Assembly: GCA_039815185.1 (NCBI GenBank)
Contig: JBCBZT010000009.1
Span: 64,001-128,000 of the forward strand
Length of the DNA: 64,000 bases
Direction: 5' to 3'
Source: Cyanobacteria bacterium P01_A01_bin.123
GTDB taxonomy: Bacteria; Cyanobacteriota; Cyanobacteriia; Phormidesmidales; Phormidesmidaceae
Shown: one piece after another, positions 49,105-59,915 of the stretch
Layout: each line of letters begins with the position of its first letter
Numbering within the stretch: position 1 is the stretch's first letter
Program-made: the position numbers and the translations under genes
Notes under the pieces: generated by a model
Told to the model about the DNA's origin: nothing
Databases searched by the model: none
The model's input: only the letters and a program-made list of their open reading frames with translations

Positions 49105-51291
49105 CTACCAGGGACGCCAACCCTCCCAGTCGTTGTTAAAAATAGAGGTATTCGGAAACGCGGTGGGGTTGCCGTCTTGGTTAAGCCGTTGCTGTAGGGT
49201 CTCCAGCAGCGGTTCTCGGTTGGGCAAGTTATCGACTAATTCGTAGGGCAATACGCCTTGATTCAGAGCAAAGTCAATGGTGGTTCCAGTGGCGACACCC
49301 ACTGACCACTCAAAGGAGTGAACCCGATAAGCTGCTGCGGCAATCGTGCTGGCGGCAATGCTTTTGCTGGCAACTAAAAGATTGTCAATCTTTTGAGGAA
49401 TCAGCGATCGCAGGGGAATTTGAGCGGGATAGGCTTGACCATGGGCCTGGCGTACACCAGGAAATTCAATATTGCCAGGGGCTTCTGGTGGATACTCTGC
49501 CATGCAGGGATGGAAGTCAATGGCGTACTGGGCAATGCCTACCGAATCGGGATAAAAATAGGACCGGGTACGCCCTTCAATGTCATCGGCTGGGGTGTTT
49601 TCAACAATGGCATCGAGTAGGTTGAGATCGGCCAGCGATCGCCATAGATTCAAATAAGTCCGCTCCGGCAAATTGTCACGGTAGAACTCACTGTGAAAAT
49701 CGTTCCAGGAAAAATCGACTTCATTGATCCGAAACCCTTCGTCGTAGCCATAGGAGGGACGACCAATAATGCGCCGGGCTTCACGCATGTAGGGGTATTT
49801 CGACAACCCGTGGGCTGTCCCCATCGGGGCGTCAAAGCCGCTAATAAAACGGTGATTAGGGCTGGGTTCCTTGACCCCCTCGCCCAGTTGAGAGTCAGTT
49901 GTGCCTTCCACCAGCCAGTAATAGTAGCCGTAGGCGTTCTCTTCTCCCCTGCGTAGGGTTTCAGTGCGGAGGCCGCCCAGCCAGCCACCGGGGCTGAGTT
50001 GGCCTGAGTCTTGCAACTGCTGGTGAGTATAAATCAGGTTATCTTCAGCGGTGCCGGGGCGGTAATCGTTGCCCCAGGTCCAGTTCTGCATAGAAATATC
50101 ACCCGGTGCAGGCATGGCAACGCCAAAAATTCTCTCCTCCGCTCGGGGATTGGCGCTCCAAATACGACGATAGGTAAAGACAAAATCGAAGTAGTTGAAG
50201 TCTTCACCGCGATCGCGCTCATAGCTGTAATAAGGCGCATATTGCGGATAATAGGCAGGCATCACCTGGGGTTGGGGTTCCTCAGTGCGCTCCATCGTAA
50301 AGGTATAGGTAAACCCCTGAGTGCAGTAAGGATACGGCTCGGCCACTGGAGATGAGGGGTTGCGATGGCTGCGCGGATCTAGGCCGAGTTGGTAAGGCAC
50401 ATCTGCCAGGGCAACCACCTCTCCAGTTTCGGTAGCTTCAACCACATACCAGTCGGCAGGGCGAGGGGGTGCAGGCGCTGTGGCGTCTGCTTCCTCTGCT
50501 GTCACTGGCTGGGGGACAAACTGAATAATGGTTTTACTAAAGCGCTCAGAGTCTTCGTAGCGATAGGCGTCTTCAATTGTGTAGGAGAGTGGTTCGCTGT
50601 TGAGCGGCAAGGCACCAGGCGCAGGGGTGTGCTGAATCGCGATCGCGCTTTCGATCATCCGGCCATCAGCGCTAATAGCCAGGTCTTTCAACACTGTCGA
50701 AGGGAACCAATTGAGTTCGCCACCGCCGTGCCGTGCTGCATCAGCCAACATCTGGCGTAAAATCTGGTCGGCATCTTGGGGGATGAAGCAAGACACACTC
50801 ACCCAACACGAGCCAGGATTAAGTTCCCCATACCACTTTTCAATGCGATCGCGCAGTTCGTTGTAGCCCTTGGCATAGAACAGCAGTTCCCGCTGTTTGC
50901 GGGATTCATCCAGTGCTGAAGTGCCCTGAGCAGTGAGTTGGCCACCAATCCAGTCGGTGATTTCGGTGATACAGACGGTACGTCCGGCCAGTAGGCTTTC
51001 ATAGGCGGTAGCAGTCCCCGACAACCCGCCACCAATAATCAACACTTCACACTCGACCACTTGATCTGGGTCGCGCGGTAAGGCTGCGATAACCCGAGAG
51101 GGGAGTTGTTTTCCAGTAGCTTGATTCTGAATATTTGGGGTTGTAGAGGCTGTCGTGCCGGAATTTTGGGAGGCTTGGCTATCGCTCTGCTGGGCACTTC
51201 CGGGTGAAGGCAATGAACCGGATATCAGCAGCACACCTAACATCCCTACGAGGCACTGCTGAGAAAAACGCTGAACCATAGATGACATCAA
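49105..51291 (-). CDS. Exported FAD-dependent oxidoreductase
   Basis: Signal peptide, IIGGGLSG, DWIGGQLT, PYMREARR, IPLRSLIP..IDNLLV. Confidence 0.85.
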   Translation of the reverse strand: MMSSMVQRFSQQCLVGMLGVLLISGSLPSPGSAQQSDSQASQNSGTTASTTPNIQNQATGKQLPSRVIAALPRDPDQVVECEVLIIGGGLSGTATAYESLLAGRTVCITEITDWIGGQLTAQGTSALDESRKQRELLFYAKGYNELRDRIEKWYGELNPGSCWVSVSCFIPQDADQILRQMLADAARHGGGELNWFPSTVLKDLAISADGRMIESAIAIQHTPAPGALPLNSEPLSYTIEDAYRYEDSERFSKTIIQFVPQPVTAEEADATAPAPPRPADWYVVEATETGEVVALADVPYQLGLDPRSHRNPSSPVAEPYPYCTQGFTYTFTMERTEEPQPQVMPAYYPQYAPYYSYERDRGEDFNYFDFVFTYRRIWSANPRAEERIFGVAMPAPGDISMQNWTWGNDYRPGTAEDNLIYTHQQLQDSGQLSPGGWLGGLRTETLRRGEENAYGYYYWLVEGTTDSQLGEGVKEPSPNHRFISGFDAPMGTAHGLSKYPYMREARRIIGRPSYGYDEGFRINEVDFSWNDFHSEFYRDNLPERTYLNLWRSLADLNLLDAIVENTPADDIEGRTRSYFYPDSVGIAQYAIDFHPCMAEYPPEAPGNIEFPGVRQAHGQAYPAQIPLRSLIPQKIDNLLVASKSIAASTIAAAAYRVHSFEWSVGVATGTTIDFALNQGVLPYELVDNLPNREPLLETLQQRLNQDGNPTAFPNTSIFNNDWEGWRPW

Positions 51292-51787
51292 AGATTTTTT
51301 TTAGCTTAGACAACTCAAAGGTCGTATGACGAAAGAGCATCCAAAATTCATTGAAGCACGGGATCTTAGGTTTCGTTAACCTGTAAACCTATCAGTCAGC
51401 CACCGCTCGCGAGTTTGAAACAGCCTTAAATGAGTCTCATCCCTAGACCTGATCGGTTGCAGCATTTGTAACCCCTAAGTGACGATAGGTTTAGCAGCTA
51501 TCCTGGCATTGAACCAGATAGACGGATATCTATCTCAACAACGTCTATCTCAACAGTGGTTGGAAAGTTGTAGCTCTGGTCAAAATTATGGATCAAAGCC
51601 TTGCTGTGCGTAAAAGAGCACTCACCCTGCGAGCCCTTGGCAATTGAACCCTACATCTCAGATGCCTATCGGCCATGACTCCCTGCATGGTGTCTATTCA
51701 GGGGGGAATGAATAATTAGGCATCGTCAACCCCGTCTTGATCACAAACGCCTTTGCTGTTGAGGCTTTAACAGCCACCTCTTTTTGA

Positions 51788-51813
51788 GCCCCCCGAAGCG
51801 AATTCTGGGGGGC
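51788..51813 (-). terminator. Terminator after the LRR gene
   Basis: GCCCCCC...GGGGGGC stem just past the stop codon. Confidence 0.45.
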
Positions 51814-51834
51814 GTTGCTAAGTAGTCCGTTTGA

Positions 51835-53277
51835 CTAGAATTCGCAAATTGATTCAGGTTGAACGGGACATGAACCGTTCTGAAGTGGATTATCACCCAC
51901 CTTGAGGGAATACAATTCACTCAAATCTGACAAGGGGGTCAACGCTGAGACCCGGTTATAACTCAGATCGAGTGTACGCAGACTCGTCAGATTCGATAAG
52001 GAATCTACGTCTAAAATTCGATTCTTGCCGAGATTAAGCGTATACAGACTTGTTAAATTTGCCAGTGGAGCCAGCGCTACAATTTGGTTTTCCCCTAGAT
52101 GAAGGTGGGAGAGATGAGTCAAATTTGATAGCGGACTCAAGTCTGCAATGTGATTGTCATCCAGCAGGAGAACGTCTAAGTTAACAAGCTGGGATAGCGG
52201 CTCCAAGTTTGAAATTTGGTTGTCATCTAGATCAAGGTTGGTTAGACCCGTGAGGTGGGATAGCGGTTCTAAGTCTGCAATTTGGTTGTCGTCAAGATAG
52301 ATGCCCTCCAAACTCGTGAGTCTTGATAACGGCCCTAAGTCGGAAACCTGATTGTCATTGAGATAAAGTTGACGTAGCTGAGTTAACCCTGATAATGGTG
52401 CTAAATTTGAGACTTGGTTATCACTGAGATGAAGCGTCTCTAAGCTAACTAGACCTGACAAGGAATCAATTGCGGATATCTGATTATTGCTGAGTGCAAG
52501 TATTTCTAGACTAGTTAACACCGATAGCGCATCTATATTGGCGATTTGATTATTCTCAAGAGAAAGATAGTTTAGGTGAGTGAGGCCCGACAAAGATTCG
52601 ACATTAACGATTCGATTATTTCCTGATTTGAGATATTCTAATTGAATTAATTCGGAAAATGCATCTATCTCAACGACTTGATTGCCAAAGAGGGAAAGGC
52701 GAGTCAGATTCGTTAGCGCGGATAAAGCTTGAACATCGTCAACTTGGTTGAGGTTGAGGTTGAGCCAGTCTAATTCTGTGAGTCTGGATAAAGGTTGTAT
52801 GTCTGTAATTTGATTGAAGCTGAGTTCGAGCCCTTCTAGGTTTGTCAGGTTTGATAACGGTTCTATATCAGAGATTTGGTTGTCACTGAGATCGAGAACT
52901 GTAAGGTCTGTTAGGGCCGAAATCGGCGTTATGTCTGATATTTGAGTGCCATGAATCCTGAGATAGGTCAAGTTAGTCAGGACTGACAAGGGCTCTAAAT
53001 TTTCAATATTACTAATACTGAGGTCAAGCTCGCTCAAGTTACTGAGGATTTCATCAGCGCGATCGCAGTCCTCTGTTTCTGCCTTTGATAATAAAACTTC
53101 AACGGTATGGCGAGCTTCTGGTATGAGATTGTCTTGATCTTCACACCAACTCGCAAAGCTAGAATAGTTTTCAGGGTTGGATTGAGCCATCACAGGACCC
53201 GTGGCAGATCCCACAATTCATGCTGCCAGCAGACTGCTGCCTAGGGTGACTCTTAAGTTCAAATGGAAGGGAAACAT
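51835..53277 (-). pseudogene. Internalin-like LRR gene with an in-frame TGA at codon 20; rest of the frame intact
   Basis: Aligns with 53613-55064 from ATG 53277; paralog codon TTA is TGA here (53218-53220). Confidence 0.8.
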
Positions 53278-53401
53278 GGAGGCAATTTTAGATTTCAACA
53301 TTATTCAGCTTCAGCCCTAAAAATAGAAATTCCGAACTGGTTTAATCATGTTTCTCATAAAAAATGAGTTGGTATTATGCCCTTTTGGGGAATGCCAGTG
53401 G

Positions 53402-53530
53402 TTGCTAAATATTGAGGGTTAGGACGAAGCATTTGTAGGCTGGGGAGCGGAAGATCAAGACATGATCGAACGCTATTTTGCCGATGGACATCATATCTGC
53501 CGCTGCCCCCATTTGGTGTATTTACACTTC
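53402..53530 (+). pseudogene. Glycosyltransferase remnant
   Basis: LLNIEG*DEAFVGWGAEDQDMIER matches the GG(Y/F)DExFxGWGxED motif, with a TAG stop in it. Confidence 0.65.
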
Positions 53531-53612
53531 ACTATATCGTTAATTAACCGTGGCAACCTGTCGCGCTCGTTGAGGCCAAGCGACGACACTACTATGCAAA
53601 GAGAATGCCGTC

Positions 53613-55064
53613 TTAATAAAATTCGCAGGTGGAATCAGGCTGAACTGGACATGAGATATCTTCAAGCGGATTGTCGCCCACTTTAAGGGAAAATAGCCGC
53701 TCTAAATTTGCTAAGGGAGTCAACTCTGAGATTAGATTGTTGCTGAGATTAAGCGTATTTAGGCTTGTCAAATTAGCGAGAGAGCCTACGTCTAAAATGC
53801 GATTATGGCTGAGATTTAGAGTGCGCAGACGCGTCAAATTTGCCAGTGGAGCCAACTCTAAAATTTGGTTGTCAGCCAGATTCAACTCGGAGAGATTCGT
53901 CAAGCTTGATAAAGACGCTAAATCTGAAATTTGGTTGTCTTCAAGACGAAGGAACTCTAAATTAGTGAGTTGCGACAGCGGCTCTAAGTCTGAAATCTCG
54001 TTGTCATTGAGAGAGAGACTTCCTAGATTAGTGAGTTGTGCTAGCGGCGCTAAATTTGAAACTCGATTATCGTTCAGAAAAACCCCTGATAAACTCGTCA
54101 ACCCTGACAAGGGTTCTAGGTCGGAAATCTGATTATTACTGAGGTCAAGAATGTCTAATTCAGTTAACTCTGATTCTACTAGAGCATCGATAGCTGATAT
54201 GTTGTTGTTATTAAGATTGAGAAGCCCTAGACTTCTTAACTCTGAAAGGGCCTCTATATTGACAATCTCATTGTTCCGCATCCAGAGCCACTCCAGGCGA
54301 TCTAACCCTGCCAAAGGTTCTATATTGACAATTCGATTGTTGCTCAATATGAGCCATTTTAACTTATTGAGTTCAGAGAGTGAAGTGATATCAACAATCT
54401 GATTCTCCAGTAACTCAAGATGTGTTAAGTTCGTTAGTCTCGCTAAGGCTTGAACATCTTCAATTTGGTTAAGATTAAGATTAAGCTCTTTCAGATTGGT
54501 CAGCCTTGATAAAGGCTGTATGTCACCAATTTGGTTGCGCCCAAGATATAGCCATTCTAGATCGGTCAGCCTTGATAAAGGCTGTATATCACTAATTTGG
54601 TTGCGCCCAAGATATAGCCATTCTAGATTGATCAGATTTGATAACGGTTCCACATTCGAAATCTCATTATCACTGAGAGTAAGATTTGTGAGATTTGTGA
54701 GTCCTGAAAGTGGGGTTATATCTGAGATTTGATTGTCATGAAGACTCAAATCGGTCAACTGAGTCAGCACAGAGAGGGGCTCCAAATTTTCGATTTGCTT
54801 TTCGATAAGCTGAAGCTGGCTCAAGTTACTGAGGATTTCATCAGCGCGATCGCAGTCTTCTGTTTCTGCTCTTGATAGCAAAACATCAACGGTATGGCGA
54901 GCTTCTGGTGTGAGATTATCTCGATTTTCACACCAATCCGCAAAGCTAGAATAGGTTTCAGGGTTGGATTGGGCCATAACGGCACCTGTGGTAGATCCTA
55001 TAATTAATGCTGCCAGCAGACTGCTGCCTAGGGTGATTTTTAAGTTTGAACGGAAGGGGAACAT
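53613..55064 (-). CDS. Exported internalin-like LRR protein
   Basis: Signal peptide, FADWC...DC cap, 22-aa LxxLxLxxNQIxDxxPL repeats, CPVQP..C C-terminal cap. Confidence 0.92.
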   Translation of the reverse strand: MFPFRSNLKITLGSSLLAALIIGSTTGAVMAQSNPETYSSFADWCENRDNLTPEARHTVDVLLSRAETEDCDRADEILSNLSQLQLIEKQIENLEPLSVLTQLTDLSLHDNQISDITPLSGLTNLTNLTLSDNEISNVEPLSNLINLEWLYLGRNQISDIQPLSRLTDLEWLYLGRNQIGDIQPLSRLTNLKELNLNLNQIEDVQALARLTNLTHLELLENQIVDITSLSELNKLKWLILSNNRIVNIEPLAGLDRLEWLWMRNNEIVNIEALSELRSLGLLNLNNNNISAIDALVESELTELDILDLSNNQISDLEPLSGLTSLSGVFLNDNRVSNLAPLAQLTNLGSLSLNDNEISDLEPLSQLTNLEFLRLEDNQISDLASLSSLTNLSELNLADNQILELAPLANLTRLRTLNLSHNRILDVGSLANLTSLNTLNLSNNLISELTPLANLERLFSLKVGDNPLEDISCPVQPDSTCEFY

Positions 55065-55269
55065 GGGGGCGATTTAGATTTCAACATTATCCAGCTTCAG
55101 TCTTAAAAATAGAAATTCCGAATTGATTCAATCGTATTTCTCATAAAAATTGAGATCGATTGATGAATTAGATTGATGTCATTTCAGAAGTCGATAGATA
55201 CTTTAACGGAGTTTTCTAAGAAAGCTTTTTGGGTTACAAAAATTTCAACACATTTCATATCTAAAAATG

Positions 55270-55295
55270 AAGAGCAGCGCGATCGCGCTGCTCTT
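55270..55295. terminator. Perfect 26-bp palindrome centred on HIP1, likely terminator
   Basis: AAGAGCAGCGCGA|TCGCGCTGCTCTT. Confidence 0.55.
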
Positions 55296-55324
55296 TAATA
55301 CTGTTCATTAACTAAAACAGTGAC

Positions 55325-56518
55325 TTACGAATATTGGCTCGGTACTGGATAGGTCTCGTTGACAAACCAATCGCCAATCGCCTTGAACTTGTAGTCCACG
55401 GGGTCATGCAAACTAAACGTGCGTAGGTCGCGCCAATAGCGATCAAACCCATACTTAGACGCTGTTGCCCGTGCCCCCATCATGTCAAACATGTGGGTGG
55501 TAATCGTCAACCCCGTCTTGATTGCAAATGCCTTGGCTGAGGCGGCTTTGATGGCTACCTCGCCTCGTTCTTCAAAGGTTAGATCGGTATTGCGTTGCCA
55601 GGCGGTTTGCAGGGCTTCAGCGGCTTGGGTTGCCAAGGCGATCGCGGCTTGTAAATCCGTCCAATACTCGCCATAGCGATGCAAAATGTACGGATCATCA
55701 GTAGCTTGGTCTACTCCAGAGGTGAGCCAGGGGCGGGTTTGCGTTGCGGTATAGGCTTTCGCGGCGCTCAGGGCACCCTCAGCAATCCCAAGATAGGTGA
55801 ACACTTTGCCCAACTGGGAAACTAGAAAAATTAATGTCGGGAAAGCACTGGTAGGCACAGGGGGTGGCCCTACCAATTCTTCAGCGGCAACATAGACGTT
55901 CTCAAAGCTGTAGCTGCCGCTCACGGTGCGACGTTGACCCATATTGTCCCAATCGTCGTTATAGCGAATGCCCCCGCGGTCTTTGGGGATAACAAATACA
56001 TAGGGCTCGCCAGATTCTTCATGGATCGCTGCGATCGCATTCACATCTGCGATCGCAACCCCAGTGCCAAAACTTTTGGTGCCGTTGACTCGAAATCCAT
56101 CCCCATCGGAAACAATTTTGAGTCGTGCATCCCGCGCATTTAAGGCATTGGCCCAAAACAGATTATGCTCAACGGTCATTCGGTAGCTTTGCTCCGCTTG
56201 TCCGGGACGACCTAGCGCTGCTCCAGCATGGACCAAAACCACATGGTTGGCATACATCTGCCCAATCGACCCTTGGGCGGCCGCCAAAGTTTTCACCACC
56301 TGATAGGCGTCCAAGAACGTTGCTCCGCCACCACCATATTCGCGGGGAATCGGCAACGACAACAGACCTGATTGCTTGAGCAACTGGATTTCTTCGGTGG
56401 GTAGTCCAGCCGCTTCATCCAGCAGCACTGCCTGGGTCCCTAGCTGGGCTGCCACATCGTTTGCGACGGCTAGGTAATCTTTAGCACTAGAGGGTTGAAG
56501 CCCGACAACTTTAGACAT
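55325..56518 (-). CDS. Acyl-CoA dehydrogenase-fold monooxygenase (SfnB/DszC-like)
   Basis: IPREYGGGG, NGTKSFGTG, DDWDNMGQRRTVSG, FDRYWRDLRTFSLHDP. Confidence 0.85.
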   Translation of the reverse strand: MSKVVGLQPSSAKDYLAVANDVAAQLGTQAVLLDEAAGLPTEEIQLLKQSGLLSLPIPREYGGGGATFLDAYQVVKTLAAAQGSIGQMYANHVVLVHAGAALGRPGQAEQSYRMTVEHNLFWANALNARDARLKIVSDGDGFRVNGTKSFGTGVAIADVNAIAAIHEESGEPYVFVIPKDRGGIRYNDDWDNMGQRRTVSGSYSFENVYVAAEELVGPPPVPTSAFPTLIFLVSQLGKVFTYLGIAEGALSAAKAYTATQTRPWLTSGVDQATDDPYILHRYGEYWTDLQAAIALATQAAEALQTAWQRNTDLTFEERGEVAIKAASAKAFAIKTGLTITTHMFDMMGARATASKYGFDRYWRDLRTFSLHDPVDYKFKAIGDWFVNETYPVPSQYS

Positions 56519-56826
56519 GACATATCTCCTGCTGTGAAGGTATCTTGTTTGGCTACCCGCACGTTAAGATCCAATCGAGAAGAATCAGAGTAGGGTTTTT
56601 CCTGGGGCGCGTCATCAATTGAATGCAGAAAGCATTATGGCTGAACCTTGCTGGCCCGACCCAACTACACGAGCTATGAGTTATCACTGCTGCGCTGAAA
56701 GCAATGGACACTCTAATTGATAACAACCCCTGGTCTGTTCTAAACCGCGTCCACATCCAGATCCATAATTTTCCTTACGCTAAAACTCCAGGTGCCAAAT
56801 CGCATGTGGTTTAGTGCTATTGCGGG

Positions 56827-57756
56827 TTAAAAGCTACAAATTGATGCGGGTTCGACCGGACAGGTGCGATCGCTCAGCGGATTTTCTTCTAGAAACAGGA
56901 GAGACAGATTAGTAAGGGTCGAAAGCGACGAAGCATCTGTAATTTGGTTTTGAGCCAGCCTCAATACGGTCAAATCGTTTAGAGCCGACAAGGGTGTGAC
57001 GTCTGTAATTTGGTTGTCAACCAGTCCTAGCCAGAACAAATCAGTCAATGCTGCCAGCGGCTCAAGGTGAGTAATGCGATTCACACTGAGATCAAGATTC
57101 GCCAAGTTAGCCAAATTTGCTAAGGTGTCCACCGTCTCAATCTGGTTGAAACTGAGATCAAGCCAGTCCAGTTCAGATAGCGTTGACAACGGCGCGATGT
57201 CTGAAATTTGGTTGACTTGGAGGTTTAACCGGGTGAGCTGAGTCAAGGTTGACAACGGCTCTATGTCTGAAATTTGATTGCTGCTGAGATTCAGCTCTGT
57301 GAGGCTCGTCAGAGTCGAGAGGGGGGCAACATCCGAAATTTGATTCTCGCCAAGATGCAGCAAATCCAGCTGGGTTAGGTTTGAAAGGGGAGCAACATCC
57401 GAAATTTGATTCTCGTTGAGGATAAGCCAGGTGAGTTGGGGCAGCGATGCGAGGGGGGCTACCTCTGACAACTGAGTTCGACTTAGGTCAAGTTGAGTCA
57501 AGCTGCTCAGGACTGCTTCAGCGCGATCGCAGTCTTCGGTCTCTGCTGCTGTTAGTAAGACCTCAACCGTATGGTGAGCTTCTGGCGTTAGGCTCTCTTG
57601 GTTTTCACACCAATCGGCAAAGTGGTCAAACGTCCTGGCATCATCAGCCTGGGCAAACGTACAGCTCGTGATGCCTGCAGTCAAAACCGTCAGCAGACCA
57701 ACACGAGTCAGGGACTCAAACTTCAAATTAAGCGGGGGCATGGGGGATGGGGACAT
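56827..57756 (-). CDS. Exported internalin-like LRR protein (third, shorter paralog)
   Basis: Same FADWC...DCDRA N-cap and CPVEP..C C-cap, fewer repeats. Confidence 0.9.
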   Translation of the reverse strand: MSPSPMPPLNLKFESLTRVGLLTVLTAGITSCTFAQADDARTFDHFADWCENQESLTPEAHHTVEVLLTAAETEDCDRAEAVLSSLTQLDLSRTQLSEVAPLASLPQLTWLILNENQISDVAPLSNLTQLDLLHLGENQISDVAPLSTLTSLTELNLSSNQISDIEPLSTLTQLTRLNLQVNQISDIAPLSTLSELDWLDLSFNQIETVDTLANLANLANLDLSVNRITHLEPLAALTDLFWLGLVDNQITDVTPLSALNDLTVLRLAQNQITDASSLSTLTNLSLLFLEENPLSDRTCPVEPASICSF

Positions 57757-57863
57757 AAGCTTTCGACGTTATGAGACTTCATGTTCACAGTGAACAATTC
57801 CGAATCGCAAGTGTCGCGCTTATCCCGCCCACCCGTTAATCGGGGCCTCAACAGCCTTCATCT

Positions 57864-58826
57864 TCAGTAAGTTGCCTGGAGGCGACTTAACAAATACTCT
57901 CCTGATTTAATCGGCGCATAGCGGGGGGGATTGTCTTCGCTCTGGCAACTGGGAAAACAGACGATCTCCGCATCGGCATCAGGCTGACAAAAGAAGGCAA
58001 TGGAGTAGCGATCGCGACCTGCCTGGCTGCCCTGGGGCAGCGCCACCCGGTGCTGGGTCGAACGAAAGACATCATTGCTCCACCGCTGAGTCAAATCGCC
58101 AGTATTGATCAAAATTGCCTCTGGTATGGCAGGGGCCGCAATCCAGTCCCCATTGGCCAATTGCACTTCTAATCCACCGACATCGTCCTGAAATAGAAGC
58201 GTTAGAGTGCCGTAGTCGGAATGAGCACCCGCTCGAATTTGCCCCGGCTTCGGTAGGGTCTCTAAGGGGGGATAGTGCAAGAGGCGCAGCGTATAATCGC
58301 AGGACTGATGCTGATCGACAATGAAGGTTTCAGGCATCTGGAGGGCGATCGCAAACGCCCGAAAAATACGACTGGCAGCCGTTGAGCAGACGTCAAAGAA
58401 ATTGCTGAGGGTTGCTTTAAACGCATCCTGTCCATCAGGCCATTGATTGATGTCTAGGACTTGCTGACTGGCACTGCCCGCTTCTGGCGAGACTCCTCGA
58501 CCTATATTGAAGGCTTCTTTCAAATCCCCTGGTCGGGTCTCATCTAATCGCTCTCGTTCAATGCCGATATAGCCGCGATTACTGGCTTCCGTTGACCAGG
58601 CGATTTGTTGTTTTTGGGCTGACGGTAACGCAAAGAAATGGTGAGATTGCGCTAATGCCTGGTCAATTTTGAACTGAGGCACGCCATGATTTTTTAAGTA
58701 CATAAACCCGACTTCATGACAGGCATGGTAAATAGCCTGGGCAACGGTTTGCTGACCCACAGGGTCGTGTTCTAAAAAAGGGGTGAAGTCAATAACAGGC
58801 AGGTTTACAGCAGTTTCAATAGCCAC
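57864..58826 (-). CDS. 2OG-Fe(II) oxygenase, isopenicillin-N-synthase-like family
   Basis: LPVIDF, GFMYLKNHG, LRLLHYP, HSD, STQHRV, RYS. Start placed at GTG 58826. Confidence 0.88.
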   Translation of the reverse strand: MAIETAVNLPVIDFTPFLEHDPVGQQTVAQAIYHACHEVGFMYLKNHGVPQFKIDQALAQSHHFFALPSAQKQQIAWSTEASNRGYIGIERERLDETRPGDLKEAFNIGRGVSPEAGSASQQVLDINQWPDGQDAFKATLSNFFDVCSTAASRIFRAFAIALQMPETFIVDQHQSCDYTLRLLHYPPLETLPKPGQIRAGAHSDYGTLTLLFQDDVGGLEVQLANGDWIAAPAIPEAILINTGDLTQRWSNDVFRSTQHRVALPQGSQAGRDRYSIAFFCQPDADAEIVCFPSCQSEDNPPRYAPIKSGEYLLSRLQATY

Positions 58827-58893
58827 AATGAACCTTGGATGGGGGTTACAAATGCTCTGGCGATCGCGATGGTAGACCGCTGGCAGGTGAAGG

Positions 58894-59697
58894 CTAACCT
58901 TTGGCAATAGGATGGCGATTGGTCAGGTTAAAACGGTAGCCATGGGGCAGGATGTGAAGCTTAACGCCAAACACAGCCAGGGGGTCATCACGCAGCAAAC
59001 GATCGAGGTTGTTGTAGGTGGTATCTGATTCGTCCACAACGGTGACGGCTCCTTCACCAATCACTTCCAACTCGTCTCCTTCAACAATGACGGCTGTATT
59101 TTCATCAATGCCCAGACCCATGACGCTAGGCTCCATCAATAGAGCAGTGAGCAAGCGCCCTAAGCGACCCCGCTGGGCGAAATGCTGATCGACTAAAATG
59201 CCCGTCAAAAAGCCCATACCCCCGCCAAGTTCTACGGCATCAAGGCGGGGATGGGTATCTGAGTCCCCATCAATAATCATCACGTCAGGCATAATAGCGG
59301 CGCCAGCGCTGGTCCCCGCGACGACAGCCCCGTCCCGATGGCGTTTATGAATCGCATCGTCAAGTAGGGTGTCTTTGATTAATCGAATCACGCGGGACTG
59401 ATCGCCGCCCGTGAAAAAGATGCCCGTAGTCTCAGCGATCGCTTCTAGCACGTCATATTCGTCAGCATCTTCCCGTTCTTCTGTGATCACCACCTGGACG
59501 TCTTCAGCCCCTAAATCCTTAAATAGGCGGGTATACTCCTCCCCGGCTTCTCGTTGGTAGGTGGTTGCAGCAGTAATCACGGTGATCCGGGCTTTAATGC
59601 CCCCAGCACGGCGCACGAATTCCCGCAAAATTAAGCGGGTGTCCTCTCGGTCTTCTGCACCCCCAATGATCACCAAGGGGCCAGCTGCATTGCCCAT
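58894..59697 (-). CDS. cphB: Cyanophycinase (peptidase S51)
   Basis: IIGGAED, FTGGDQ, GTSAGA, DQHFAQRGRLGRL, GIDENT. Confidence 0.9.
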   Translation of the reverse strand: MGNAAGPLVIIGGAEDREDTRLILREFVRRAGGIKARITVITAATTYQREAGEEYTRLFKDLGAEDVQVVITEEREDADEYDVLEAIAETTGIFFTGGDQSRVIRLIKDTLLDDAIHKRHRDGAVVAGTSAGAAIMPDVMIIDGDSDTHPRLDAVELGGGMGFLTGILVDQHFAQRGRLGRLLTALLMEPSVMGLGIDENTAVIVEGDELEVIGEGAVTVVDESDTTYNNLDRLLRDDPLAVFGVKLHILPHGYRFNLTNRHPIAKG

Positions 59698-59915
59698 ACC
59701 GTTTGTCCTTTATTGCGGGGTTGACGGGGTCAAAGGGTTAAGTCATTCCCCAGTGTATCGGCAATAGTCAAGCATTTGACGAGACGAGACCAGGCCCTAA
59801 AAACATCTCAGCAATCTTTGGCTCACATTGTCCTATCCCGGCTATCTTTTGTTAGATTGTCAGGACGCTTTTACAAAGTCATTTAGCTGTTGCATCTAAC
59901 CGCAGCTTAAACGCC

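Noticed and set aside
56519..56800. SAM riboswitch upstream of the SfnB-like gene
   Set aside because: SAM-I consensus elements are not found in order on the minus strand.
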